From: Gemmatimonadota bacterium | Lineage (GTDB): Bacteria > Gemmatimonadota > Gemmatimonadetes > Gemmatimonadales > GWC2-71-9 | Direction: 5' to 3' | Assembly: GCA_039588295.1 (NCBI GenBank) | Contig: JBDHAB010000004.1 | Location: forward strand, 96,001-160,000 | DNA length: 64,000 bases | Shown: positions 20,954 through 30,322 of the stretch, in pieces | How positions within the stretch are numbered: position 1 is the first letter of the stretch | How the letters are laid out: each line of letters opens with the position of its first letter | Position numbers and translations under genes: made by a program | The notes under the pieces: generated by a model | Databases searched by the model: none | What the model was told of the DNA's origin: nothing | The model's input: the letters and a program-made list of their open reading frames with translations, nothing else

Positions 20954-22162
20954 GTGCAGGGATACATCTACCCGAACGAACTCGAGCACCAGTGGGGCCT
21001 GCTGATCGTTCTGTACCCGTATTTGACGGGCCTCGTGGCGGGAGCGTTCATTCTCGCGTCGTTGGAGCGGGTGTTCAATGTCAAGGAGGTGCAGCCCACC
21101 TACCGCCTGTCGCTGCTCACGGCGCTCGCGTTCCTCGTGGTGGCGCCGCTTCCGCTCCTGGCCCACCTCGGGCATCCGGAGCGCTCCTTCGAGATCTTCC
21201 TCACGCCGAATCGCCAGTCGGCCATGGCCATGTTCGGGTTCGTGTACGCCTGGTATCTCATGGTCGTGCTGCTCCTGGAGATCTGGTTCGACTACCGGAA
21301 GGACATGGTCCTCTGGGCGCGGAGCGAGCGGGGGTGGAAACGGTGGCTGCACTACGGCCTCACACTGGGAGCGACGGACCTATCGGACAAATCACTCCGG
21401 TTCGATGAGTCCGTCGGGCGCTGGATCACCATCATCGGGATCCCGTCGGCGTTTCTGCTGCACGGCTACGTGGGGTTCATCTTCGGGTCGATCAAGGCGA
21501 ATCCGTGGTGGAGCAGCGTACTGATGCCGGTGGTATTCCTCTTCTCGGCCATCGTCTCGGGCATCGCCTTGGTGCTCGTGCTCTACGTGCTCACTACGCT
21601 GTTCCGGTGGCGCCCGGTCGACATGAAGTGCCTCGACAAGCTCGCGCAGTTCTTGTTCTACGCCCTCGTGGTCGACTTTGCGCTGGAATCATTGGATTTC
21701 ATTCATCGACTGTATGAGGCGGAGGAGTCGATCGAGATCTTGTCACAGATGATGCAGCATCGCCTCACGATTAGCCTAATCGTGCTCCAAGTCCTCATGG
21801 GCACGGTGATTCCGCTGGTGACGCTGGCCCTCATCTCTCCGGGCCTTCGCAAGCACGGCTTCGTCAAGCTGCCGCCGGAGCTGCGACAGCTGATCTACCT
21901 CGTGGCGGCCGTATTGATTCAGATTGGCATCTTCTCGATTCGCTGGAACGTTGTGATCGGCGGTCAGCTGTTCTCGAAGAGCTTGAAGGGCTTGACGGTC
22001 TACCGGGCCGACGTGTTCGGCGTCGAGGGCCTGGTGATGACGATCGGCTTGCTGTGCCTGCCGTTCGTCATCCTGTGGGTTTTGGTCAAGATCCTGCCAC
22101 CGTGGACGGACACGCAGCCCGAAGCGGCCTCCGTGAACGAGGGGTCGCCTGCGGGTACCTGA
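20954..22162 (+). CDS. NrfD/PsrC family membrane quinol-interacting subunit
   Basis: WGLLIVLYPYLTGL, HLGHPER, multiple TM; GTG start. Confidence 0.9.
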   Translation: MQGYIYPNELEHQWGLLIVLYPYLTGLVAGAFILASLERVFNVKEVQPTYRLSLLTALAFLVVAPLPLLAHLGHPERSFEIFLTPNRQSAMAMFGFVYAWYLMVVLLLEIWFDYRKDMVLWARSERGWKRWLHYGLTLGATDLSDKSLRFDESVGRWITIIGIPSAFLLHGYVGFIFGSIKANPWWSSVLMPVVFLFSAIVSGIALVLVLYVLTTLFRWRPVDMKCLDKLAQFLFYALVVDFALESLDFIHRLYEAEESIEILSQMMQHRLTISLIVLQVLMGTVIPLVTLALISPGLRKHGFVKLPPELRQLIYLVAAVLIQIGIFSIRWNVVIGGQLFSKSLKGLTVYRADVFGVEGLVMTIGLLCLPFVILWVLVKILPPWTDTQPEAASVNEGSPAGT

Positions 22163-22493
22163 GCACGAGGTGAGACACTCGACGACCTCGGCAGGATGAT
22201 GAGTGTTCCCGGCCGGTATTCGGGGCTCTCAACGTCCTCGCCGGTCTCGGCCCGGCGGGGCCACGTTCCACGGCAGCGGCGGTTTCGGGCCGTCCCGCTG
22301 TGCCGCTAGGCGGGGCCTGCGACCTGACCACCGTGGCCGATCTCGGCTCCAACGCCGGAGTCCTCGCTGCGTTATGGAATCATGTCGTTATCTTGGATGA
22401 CAATCCTGGCGCCGCGGCGGCGTGGTCGACGCTGAGCGGGCGTGAACCGGCGGTCTTGGCAGCACTCTTGAAGACCATGAGGGGAGGTCGTTG

Positions 22494-23771
22494 ATGGCCG
22501 GATGGCGGATGCCCCGTGTGCTCGCCGTCATGATGCTTGGGGCAGCGACGCACTCATGGTCCGGCCAGGCGCATGCGCAGGAGCCGCCGACTGACAACTG
22601 CCTGAGTTGTCACAGTGTGTTGGACGACGAGCGCCTCTCCGCGCCAGCCAAGGCGTTCCCGGCCGACATTCATGCGGTGCGGGGGCTCGGCTGCTCTGCC
22701 TGTCACGGCGGCGACCCGGCTGCCGGGTTCGATGGCATGGATCCGGCGAAGGGGTTCCTCGGGCGGCCGGGACGGCGCCGTTCGGTGGATCTCTGTGGTC
22801 GCTGTCACTCCGACGCCGCATTCATGCGCCAATACAATCCGTCGCTTCGCGTCGATCAGGTGGCCGAGTATGTCACGTCGGTCCACGGCCGCCGGCTCGT
22901 GGAGCTGGGCGACACAGCGGTCGCGGTGTGTACAAACTGTCACCCGGCACACGCCATCACGCCACCCACCGACCCCGCGTCGAGCGTGAATCCGCTCAAC
23001 GTGGCGAATACCTGCGGGACGTGCCACTCCCAGGCCGACTACATGCAACCCTATGGTCTGGCGACGGACCAACAAGAGAAGTATCTGCGCAGCGTGCACT
23101 GGGAGGCGATGTCCGTGCGGCGGGATCTGTCGGCCCCGACGTGCAACGACTGCCATGGCAACCACGGAGCGGCACCTCCAGGAATCTCGTGGGTCGGCAA
23201 TGTGTGCGGGCAGTGCCACTCGGTGATGGCGGACTATTTTGCTCAGAGCCGGCATGCCAGCACCTTCGCCATGCTAGGCGTTCCAGGCTGCGCGACCTGC
23301 CACAACAATCACGAGATCCAGTGGGCCGGCGATACGCTGTTGGGACTCGGTGAAGGAGCGGTATGCGGCCGCTGCCACGCCGCTGGTGACGGAGGTGGCG
23401 AGACGGCGCGCGCGATGCGTACGCTGGTAGATTCGCTCCGGACCGCGTTCGATAGTGCCCACGCAAAGCTGCTGAAGGCCGAGCGGGCCGGAATGGAAGT
23501 GAGTCAGCCCCTGTTCGAGCTGGGTGGAGCGAACAACGCGTTGATCACAGCGCGCGCGTCGGTCCACTCGTTCGAAGTGCTGAACGTGAAAGAGCCAGTC
23601 GATGAGGGGTTGGCGATCACGGCCACGGCGCAGAGTCGGGGTGAGGAAGCGCTGGGTGAATTGCGGTTTCGCCGGGCCGGATTGGTGATCTCGGTGACGA
23701 TCATCCTCGCGCTCATCCTGGGCCTGTTGCTCAAGATTCGCGATATCGAACGGGCGAAGTCTACGACCTGA
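22494..23771 (+). CDS. Nonaheme cytochrome c with C-terminal membrane anchor (set A)
   Basis: Signal peptide (AHA-Q), 9 CxxCH, helical stalk, C-terminal TM. Confidence 0.9.
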   Translation: MAGWRMPRVLAVMMLGAATHSWSGQAHAQEPPTDNCLSCHSVLDDERLSAPAKAFPADIHAVRGLGCSACHGGDPAAGFDGMDPAKGFLGRPGRRRSVDLCGRCHSDAAFMRQYNPSLRVDQVAEYVTSVHGRRLVELGDTAVAVCTNCHPAHAITPPTDPASSVNPLNVANTCGTCHSQADYMQPYGLATDQQEKYLRSVHWEAMSVRRDLSAPTCNDCHGNHGAAPPGISWVGNVCGQCHSVMADYFAQSRHASTFAMLGVPGCATCHNNHEIQWAGDTLLGLGEGAVCGRCHAAGDGGGETARAMRTLVDSLRTAFDSAHAKLLKAERAGMEVSQPLFELGGANNALITARASVHSFEVLNVKEPVDEGLAITATAQSRGEEALGELRFRRAGLVISVTIILALILGLLLKIRDIERAKSTT

Positions 23772-23788
23772 ACTCACGAGGCAACCCG

Positions 23789-24271
23789 ATGGTTGAGAAC
23801 CGGCCGGCCCCGGAGACGTCGCGCAGGCGCTTCATCGACTGGCTCCTCAGCAGAACGCTCACGACATGGCTGCTGAGCACGAGCGTTGGAGGCCTCTTGC
23901 TCGCGATTCTGTACCCGGCAGGCCGGTATCTCGTGCCGCCGCAGGCCGTGGAGTCGACGTCCGCCTCAGTGACGGTGCCCTTCACGCCGGAAGACTTGGA
24001 GCCGAACACGGGAGAGATCTTCAGATTCGGCAGTCGCGCGGGAATCCTCGTGCGGACGCCGACGGGCGAGCTCCGTGCGTTCTCCGCCGCGTGCACCCAC
24101 TTGGGTTGTATTGTCCAATACCGCCCGGACGTCGGCCACATCTGGTGTGCGTGCCACAATGGTCACTTTGACCTCAACGGCCGCAACATCCAAGGCCCGC
24201 CTCCGGCGCCGTTGGAGACCTACGCCGTCAATGTTCGCGGCGATCAGATTGTCGTGAGCAAGGGGAGCTGA
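23789..24271 (+). CDS. Rieske [2Fe-2S] protein (set A)
   Basis: SRRRFI Tat motif, TM, CTHLGC and CACH boxes, GPPPAPL. Confidence 0.95.
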   Translation: MVENRPAPETSRRRFIDWLLSRTLTTWLLSTSVGGLLLAILYPAGRYLVPPQAVESTSASVTVPFTPEDLEPNTGEIFRFGSRAGILVRTPTGELRAFSAACTHLGCIVQYRPDVGHIWCACHNGHFDLNGRNIQGPPPAPLETYAVNVRGDQIVVSKGS

Positions 24272-24275
24272 GAAG

Positions 24276-25373
24276 ATGGCGTGGTGGGCTGGGTGGATGG
24301 CGCGCGGTGCGACCTGGCTGGACCAGCGTGTGGGACTCGCCGGCGTCATGATGCTTGCGAAGAAGAAAGACGTCCCGGTTCACCGCCACACGATTTGGTA
24401 CTACCTGGGTGGCATGACGCTTTTCCTCTTCGTCGTGCAGATCACCACCGGGATGCTGCTGCTGTTCTACTACCGGCCCAGCGCCGAAGAGGCCTACGAG
24501 TCCGTCCAGTTCCTGATGGCGACGGTGCAGTTTGGATGGCTGGTGCGGTCCATTCATTCGTGGTCGGCGAACCTGATGATCCTCACGGCGTTTCTGCATC
24601 TGTTCAGCGTGCTGCTCATGAAGGCGTACCGGCCGCCGCGGGAGTTGACGTGGTTCTCAGGCATTGGACTCCTTGGGCTCTCCATGGCGTTCGGATTTAC
24701 CGGGTACCTGCTGCCGTGGAATGAACTCGCGTACTTCGCAACGCGAGTCGGGACCGAGATCGTCGGGGCCGTGCCGTTCGTGGGAGATTTCCTGCTCCGC
24801 GTCGCGCGTGGCGGTGATGATGTGACCGGCGCAACGCTCACGCGGTTCTACGCGTTTCACGTCGCGGTGCTGCCTGGAGTGGCCTTCCTGTTCCTTGGTC
24901 TGCACTTGTTCCTCGTGCAGAAACAGGGGATGAGTGTTCCACCCAGCATCGAGCGTGGCGGCGGTGCCAACCGCGTCATGCCGTTCTTCCCGGATTTCCT
25001 GCTGCGCGATCTCGTGGGTTGGCTCACGGCGCTCGCGGTGCTTGCTGCGCTCGCCGCATTCCTCCCGGCCGAGCTGGGCGACAAGGCGGATCCGTTTGCA
25101 CCGGCGCCGGCGGGGATCAAGCCTGAGTGGTATTTCATGTTCATGTTTCAGACGTTGAAATACCTCCCGGGTCACATTCTCGGCATCGAAGGTGAAATCG
25201 TGGGGATACTCGGCTTTGGATTGGCTGGAGCACTTCTCTTGCTGATCCCGATCCTCGATCGCCACACCGCGCGGGGGCAACCGAGCAAGCTGTTTACCTG
25301 GATTGGCGTTGGCGTCATCGCGTACATGATCGTGCTGACCTATCTCGGCTACACGGCGAGTCCCACACAGTAG
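24276..25373 (+). CDS. Cytochrome b of Rieske/cyt b complex (set A), intact Qo site
   Basis: Four heme His, [15 protein letters not shown] (25122-25133). Confidence 0.95.
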   Translation: MAWWAGWMARGATWLDQRVGLAGVMMLAKKKDVPVHRHTIWYYLGGMTLFLFVVQITTGMLLLFYYRPSAEEAYESVQFLMATVQFGWLVRSIHSWSANLMILTAFLHLFSVLLMKAYRPPRELTWFSGIGLLGLSMAFGFTGYLLPWNELAYFATRVGTEIVGAVPFVGDFLLRVARGGDDVTGATLTRFYAFHVAVLPGVAFLFLGLHLFLVQKQGMSVPPSIERGGGANRVMPFFPDFLLRDLVGWLTALAVLAALAAFLPAELGDKADPFAPAPAGIKPEWYFMFMFQTLKYLPGHILGIEGEIVGILGFGLAGALLLLIPILDRHTARGQPSKLFTWIGVGVIAYMIVLTYLGYTASPTQ

Positions 25374-25549
25374 TCCTCAAGTGAGCTGAGTAACGGGGTG
25401 TGGAAGACCGTGTCACTGTCCCGCCGTGGGCCCGAAGTAAGTACAGAGTGAAGGTCTCTTCAGAAACGGCCGCCTCTATTGCCGAGGCATCGGGCCGATC
25501 GTAATGTGTAGTCGATTCGTTCCGATTTTATATGCCTCCGAGGGGGGGT

Positions 25550-27136
25550 ATGCCCATGAGACATCGATTCGTCGGACGGGCACTGCCTGTGATGGTGGTG
25601 CTGGGATTCCTGATCGCGGGTGCCTGCACGGAGGAGACGATCTCCTTCCGTACACCGTTCAACGCGCCGCCAGACGACGTCAACGGATTCCTTGGCTATT
25701 TCTCTGCCGAGGATCGTCAGACGACGTGCGGCAACTGTCACGCGGACACCCAGGTGGAGTGGCGGGAGACGCATCACGCGCATGCGTGGAGCACGCTGCA
25801 GGCCTCCGGTAGCGCGCAGTCGTTCTGCGAGCCGTGTCATACGATCAGTGAGAACGGGAACGCGGTTGAGGGTTCGGCCGGGTATCCCGCACTCGTGTCC
25901 GACCCAACTGCGCCACTGGACAGCGCCGTGATCGCGGTCTATCACGACGTGCAATGTGAGAACTGCCATGGTCCCGGCATCGACCATGTCACCAATCCGT
26001 CCGCGATGCAGCCGCTCGCCTCGATCGCGGTCGCCACCGACGCCACGAACGGCTGCGGCGAATGTCACTCGGGAACCCATCATCCCTTTGTCGAGCAGTG
26101 GGAGGCCTCCGCGCACGGTACGGGCGGCAGCTTCACATATGCCGGGGGTCGTGCCAGCTGCAACCAGTGCCACAGCGCTCAAGGGGCGCTCGTGGAGCAG
26201 TTCGGTGAGAACGCTCGCTTCCTGGAGAAGGATGGCGACCCGCTGCCGATCGTGTGCATCGTGTGCCACGATCCGCATTCCGCGACCTTCAGCGGCCAAC
26301 TGCGGGCCCCGCTCTCAGGGTTCATTACCAACAATCTCTGTATCAAATGCCACAACCGACGAACGGTTCCCGGGGCGGGATCGCGCGGTCCCCACGCCGC
26401 ACAGGGGCCGCTGGTTCTGGGCCAAACCGTCGCGTGGTGGCCTCCAGGGTTCGACTGGCTCGAGGGCCTCACGGCGAGTCACGGTGATACCGACGTGAAC
26501 CCGAGGCTCTGCGGCACGTGTCATGTGGAGATGTTCGAGATCACCGACGCGGCCACGGGCGACTTCGTGTTCCAGAGCGTCGGACACCTGTTCGAAGCCA
26601 TTCCATGCGTGGACGCCCAGGGGATTCCGGTCGGTGGCGACTGCAGCAATGATCAGCGTCGGTTCGATGCCTGTGCCGGGTGCCATGGCTCTGCAGGTGC
26701 CGCGCGAGCCACCTTCGAAAGCTTCCAGGCCGAGCTGGATCTCCTCCTTCAGCAGATCTGGACGGACAGCGACGGCAACGAGATTCTCGACCCAACGGAC
26801 GCGGGGCTGCTCCCCCAGATCGTGGCCGCCGCGGGCGGGAAGGAGCTGGACCGCTCCGATACGCTGTTCACCTTCGCAGAGGGCGTGCTCTACAACGCAC
26901 AGATCGCGGCAACGCACAACGAAGAACAGTTCTTCAGCGGCGACGTCATCGTCGCGCCGGACGACACGGTCCACTTCTCGGCCCACCACACGGCCGGCAA
27001 CGGGGTGCACAACCCCGCGTTCCTCGAGGCGCTGCTGAAGGCGTCGATTCAGGGAGCAGCCGACTTTTACGGGATCGTGCTCCCGGCCGATTTGGACCTC
27101 ACGCTGCCGCCGCTGGCCGAGGCGCGACGGCCGTAG
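25550..27136 (+). CDS. Nonaheme cytochrome c, probable lipoprotein
   Basis: LIAGAC lipobox-like, 9 CxxCH, C-terminal GVHNP. Confidence 0.85.
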   Translation: MPMRHRFVGRALPVMVVLGFLIAGACTEETISFRTPFNAPPDDVNGFLGYFSAEDRQTTCGNCHADTQVEWRETHHAHAWSTLQASGSAQSFCEPCHTISENGNAVEGSAGYPALVSDPTAPLDSAVIAVYHDVQCENCHGPGIDHVTNPSAMQPLASIAVATDATNGCGECHSGTHHPFVEQWEASAHGTGGSFTYAGGRASCNQCHSAQGALVEQFGENARFLEKDGDPLPIVCIVCHDPHSATFSGQLRAPLSGFITNNLCIKCHNRRTVPGAGSRGPHAAQGPLVLGQTVAWWPPGFDWLEGLTASHGDTDVNPRLCGTCHVEMFEITDAATGDFVFQSVGHLFEAIPCVDAQGIPVGGDCSNDQRRFDACAGCHGSAGAARATFESFQAELDLLLQQIWTDSDGNEILDPTDAGLLPQIVAAAGGKELDRSDTLFTFAEGVLYNAQIAATHNEEQFFSGDVIVAPDDTVHFSAHHTAGNGVHNPAFLEALLKASIQGAADFYGIVLPADLDLTLPPLAEARRP

Positions 27137-27197
27137 CGGCGAGGGAACGAGCCGCTGGCGAGACCCGTGCGCCGGCGGTTGCCCGAGTGGTGCCGTG

Positions 27198-27230
27198 CCG
27201 GCCCCGCCCTTTGCGAGGGGGCGGGGCCGG
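27198..27230 (+). terminator. GC-rich hairpin after lipoprotein cytochrome gene
   Basis: CCGGCCCCGCCC / GGGCGGGGCCGG 12-bp stem; weak U tract. Confidence 0.55.
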
Positions 27231-27308
27231 TTGCATAACAGGGCGTGGCATCACACTGTTCGGCCGTGGTTCGTCGAGTCAACGTCACCCAGTTCGAGCA
27301 GAGGGGTC

Positions 27309-27767
27309 ATGCAGGACACGAGTCAGGCGGAGCGGGAGAGCGGGGGAGTCGGCTTCAACGAGCTGCTCCTTGGCGCCGTCATCGTGCTGATGGTGGTGGG
27401 CATCGGGTTGGGCACGGCGCTCTACGTACTTCCGGGGGAGCATCTCGAGATTCCCGAGTTACAGCCTGCGGTTCGCGTCGTGCGGGAGGAGGATTTTCCG
27501 GTCGGGGCGAGCCGGCTCATTCGGTGGGGGGAGCGGGCCATTTTGGTGGTGCGACCCGCGCTCGATCGATACGTCGCGGTCGAAGGGACGTCGCCAAGCG
27601 ACGGATGTATTTTGCGGTGGGAAGAGGACGCGGTGAGGATCGTCTCGCCGTGCAGCTACGTCGTGTATGACTTGGATGGGAACGCCGTAGCGGGCCTGGC
27701 TACGGCTCCGCTCCAGGCATACTCCGTCTTCGTCCGGGACGGGATCGTCTACGTGGGAGGAGCGTAG
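27309..27767 (+). CDS. Rieske-fold protein lacking all Fe-S ligands (set B)
   Basis: Aligns with Rieske A; boxes read SPSDGC and SPCS; TM present, no twin-Arg. Confidence 0.85.
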   Translation: MQDTSQAERESGGVGFNELLLGAVIVLMVVGIGLGTALYVLPGEHLEIPELQPAVRVVREEDFPVGASRLIRWGERAILVVRPALDRYVAVEGTSPSDGCILRWEEDAVRIVSPCSYVVYDLDGNAVAGLATAPLQAYSVFVRDGIVYVGGA

Positions 27768-27771
27768 CGTC

Positions 27772-29085
27772 ATGCGTCGGACCCTGAACGCGGTGCACGG
27801 CTGGCTCGTCGGTGTGTGGGAGGACATCAAGGCGAGCACCGACTCCAGCCTGCTCGGCATGGCGCGGTTCGTCGGCTTGCTCTACGGTCCGATCGATCGG
27901 AGTCTGCGGATCGATCTGGCCCTCCGCAAATCGCTGCGCTACCGGCTGGCGCCTCAGGTCGGATGGCGTCATGCCCCTGGGGGCGTGACGTACCTCCTGT
28001 TCATCGTGTTGGTGGTGACCGGCGTCTTGATGGCGGCGTACTACCGCCCCTCTGTGGAAGAGGCCTACCCCAGTGTTCAGCACATCGTCTCGGAGGCGCG
28101 CTTTGGCTGGCTGGTTCGCGATCTCCATTACTGGTGTGCGAATCTCATCGTGATTGCGGTTCTCGCGCACATGGCGCGGGTCTTCTTCGAGGCGGCCTAC
28201 AAGCCGCCGCGAGAGACGAACTGGCTCATTGGGCTCCTGCTCCTGTTCGTAGTCTTGGCGTTCGGAGCTACGGGGTACCTCCTCCCCTGGGACCAGTGGT
28301 CGTACTGGACGGTCACGGAGGTTCTGAACGCCGTGGCCCACATCCCACTGGTCGGAAGACCAATCGCGGACGCGGCGATGGGAGACGTGATTCCGTCCGG
28401 TGCCACGCTCAGCCGCTTCTTTGCCCTCCACGTGATCGTGCTGCCCTGGATTGCATTCGCACTCTTGGGCTATCACTTCACGCTCGTTCGCCGCCGCGGC
28501 ATCGCCCCGGCGATGGACAGCGAGGACGAGGCGGCTCGGTGGCGCAGCAGTGGAAAGCACGAGCCGGGGGAGAAGCCGCAGGGCGTGCCGTTCTTTCCCA
28601 CCCACCTCCTGCGATCGTTCTCCGTTGCCGTCCTGACGCTTGCGGTCGCCATCACGCTTGCCGTGCTGTTCCCGCGGGTATTGGCCGACCCCGCCGATCC
28701 GTATGCGCTCCCGGACGAACTGGTGTCGACCTGGGTGCCGGTTGACGTGTCGCTCGCTCTCATCCGACTCGCAGGGCCGTGGGGCTTCGCCCTGTTCACG
28801 CTGCTCGGAGTGAGTCTGGTGTTGATCCCGTTGCTCGACCGAGGGCCGGAACGCCGACTCCGACGGCGTCCGATCGTCGCCACGTTGGGCCTCACCTTCT
28901 TCGTGGGGTATCTGGCGCTGTGGATCGCTGGGCGCGCGATCGGTTCGGTCCCGCCGTCTGCCTCGCTGGGTGAGGCTGTCGAGGAACGGGCGGTCCCGGT
29001 CGGCTCGTCGGCCCGCCCGCCTCAGGTGCAGCCGGCACGGCCGGCCGCTGCCCCGGAGAATGCGGACGAAGGAGGTGGACGGTGA
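27772..29085 (+). CDS. Cytochrome b paralog with degenerate Qo site (set B)
   Basis: Four heme His retained, TGYLLPW; PEWY position reads STWV. Confidence 0.9.
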   Translation: MRRTLNAVHGWLVGVWEDIKASTDSSLLGMARFVGLLYGPIDRSLRIDLALRKSLRYRLAPQVGWRHAPGGVTYLLFIVLVVTGVLMAAYYRPSVEEAYPSVQHIVSEARFGWLVRDLHYWCANLIVIAVLAHMARVFFEAAYKPPRETNWLIGLLLLFVVLAFGATGYLLPWDQWSYWTVTEVLNAVAHIPLVGRPIADAAMGDVIPSGATLSRFFALHVIVLPWIAFALLGYHFTLVRRRGIAPAMDSEDEAARWRSSGKHEPGEKPQGVPFFPTHLLRSFSVAVLTLAVAITLAVLFPRVLADPADPYALPDELVSTWVPVDVSLALIRLAGPWGFALFTLLGVSLVLIPLLDRGPERRLRRRPIVATLGLTFFVGYLALWIAGRAIGSVPPSASLGEAVEERAVPVGSSARPPQVQPARPAAAPENADEGGGR

Positions 29086-30320
29086 TCGGTGGCGGCGTGC
29101 TCCTGACACTCGTGGGCGTGGTGGCCGCGAGCGAAGGTGGAGGCATCACCGCCACCCGAGCAGCGCTGCCGCAGCGCTCGGTGAGCCAGGACAGCACGTA
29201 CGGGTGTATCGTGTGTCACGCCGATAAGCGGCGCGCCTTCTCGCAGGGCGTGCACGCTGAGCGGGGTATTCGGTGCGAAGACTGTCACGGCGGCGACCCC
29301 TCGCAGTATGAGACACCCGCGGCACATCGGGGACGGTTCGTCGGCTCGCCGACCAAACGGGAGACGGTCGAGCTCTGCGCATCGTGTCACTCCGATCCCA
29401 ACCAAATGCGTCAGTACGGTCTCTCGGTCGACCAGCTCGCCGAGTTTCGCACGAGCCGGCACGGACAGCTGTTGATGGAGCAGCGCAACCGGGACGCGCC
29501 GACCTGCACGGACTGTCACCACGCGCATTTGATTCGGCCTGCGAGCGATGCGCGGAGCGAGATCTATCCCTCCAACATCCCAGGCACCTGCGCGGTGTGT
29601 CATGAGAACGCTTCGTTGATGGCCAAGTACGGGATGCCAACGGACCAGCTGGAGCGCTTCACCGTCGGCGCGCACGGCGTCGCGGTGTTCGAGAAACGCA
29701 ACTTCGCGGCGCCCACATGCATCGGGTGTCATGGCTCCCATGCCGCGCTTCCCCCGGCCGTCGCGGAGATCACCCACGTGTGCGGTAAGTGTCACGTCCT
29801 GCTCGCGCGAGCGTTCTATGAGGGGCCGCACGGGGAACCGGCGCAAGCCGGTGGACTCTCCGGGTGCGTGGGGTGTCACAGCAACCACGGGACGGAACGC
29901 ATCCCCCCGGAGCAGATTGGGGAGCTCTGCACGACTTGCCACGACGCGGAGAGCCGCATGGCCGCGGTGGGCTTCGAGATCGAGGAACAGGTGGGCCGGG
30001 CAGGCGAGGAGCTTGCCGCTGCCGCCGTGGCAATCGACGAGATGGCAGCGAACGGACGGGAAACGGCGGATGACCGGTTCCGCTATCAGGCGGCGTTCAC
30101 GGCCTATCAGCAGCTGGCCAAGGTGCAACACTCGCTCGACCTCGAGCAACTCGAGGAGCTCGGGCGAGAGGTGCGCTCGAACACGGGGATCATTCGCGCG
30201 ACGGCGGAGGCGTACGCGGAGGAACGGTGGGAGCACAAGCTCGTGCTGATCCCTGTCTGGTTCCTCGCGCTTTCGGCACTCGTGTTTGCCTGGTTCAAAC
30301 TTCGAGAGCTAGGACGGTAG
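29082..30320 (+). CDS. Nonaheme cytochrome c with C-terminal anchor (set B), paralog of 22494-23771
   Basis: 9 CxxCH with similar spacing (CHGGDP, CHSD...MRQY, APTC..CHG). Confidence 0.9.
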   Translation: MIGGGVLLTLVGVVAASEGGGITATRAALPQRSVSQDSTYGCIVCHADKRRAFSQGVHAERGIRCEDCHGGDPSQYETPAAHRGRFVGSPTKRETVELCASCHSDPNQMRQYGLSVDQLAEFRTSRHGQLLMEQRNRDAPTCTDCHHAHLIRPASDARSEIYPSNIPGTCAVCHENASLMAKYGMPTDQLERFTVGAHGVAVFEKRNFAAPTCIGCHGSHAALPPAVAEITHVCGKCHVLLARAFYEGPHGEPAQAGGLSGCVGCHSNHGTERIPPEQIGELCTTCHDAESRMAAVGFEIEEQVGRAGEELAAAAVAIDEMAANGRETADDRFRYQAAFTAYQQLAKVQHSLDLEQLEELGREVRSNTGIIRATAEAYAEERWEHKLVLIPVWFLALSALVFAWFKLRELGR

Positions 30321-30322
30321 CG

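Noticed and set aside
27246..27262. Sigma-54 promoter TGGCATCACACTGTT before the ligand-less Rieske gene
   Set aside because: No GC at the -12 position
27309..27767. Rieske pseudogene
   Set aside because: Intact ORF with RBS, retained disulfide Cys, uniform Ser substitutions and matching loss in its partner argue for selection
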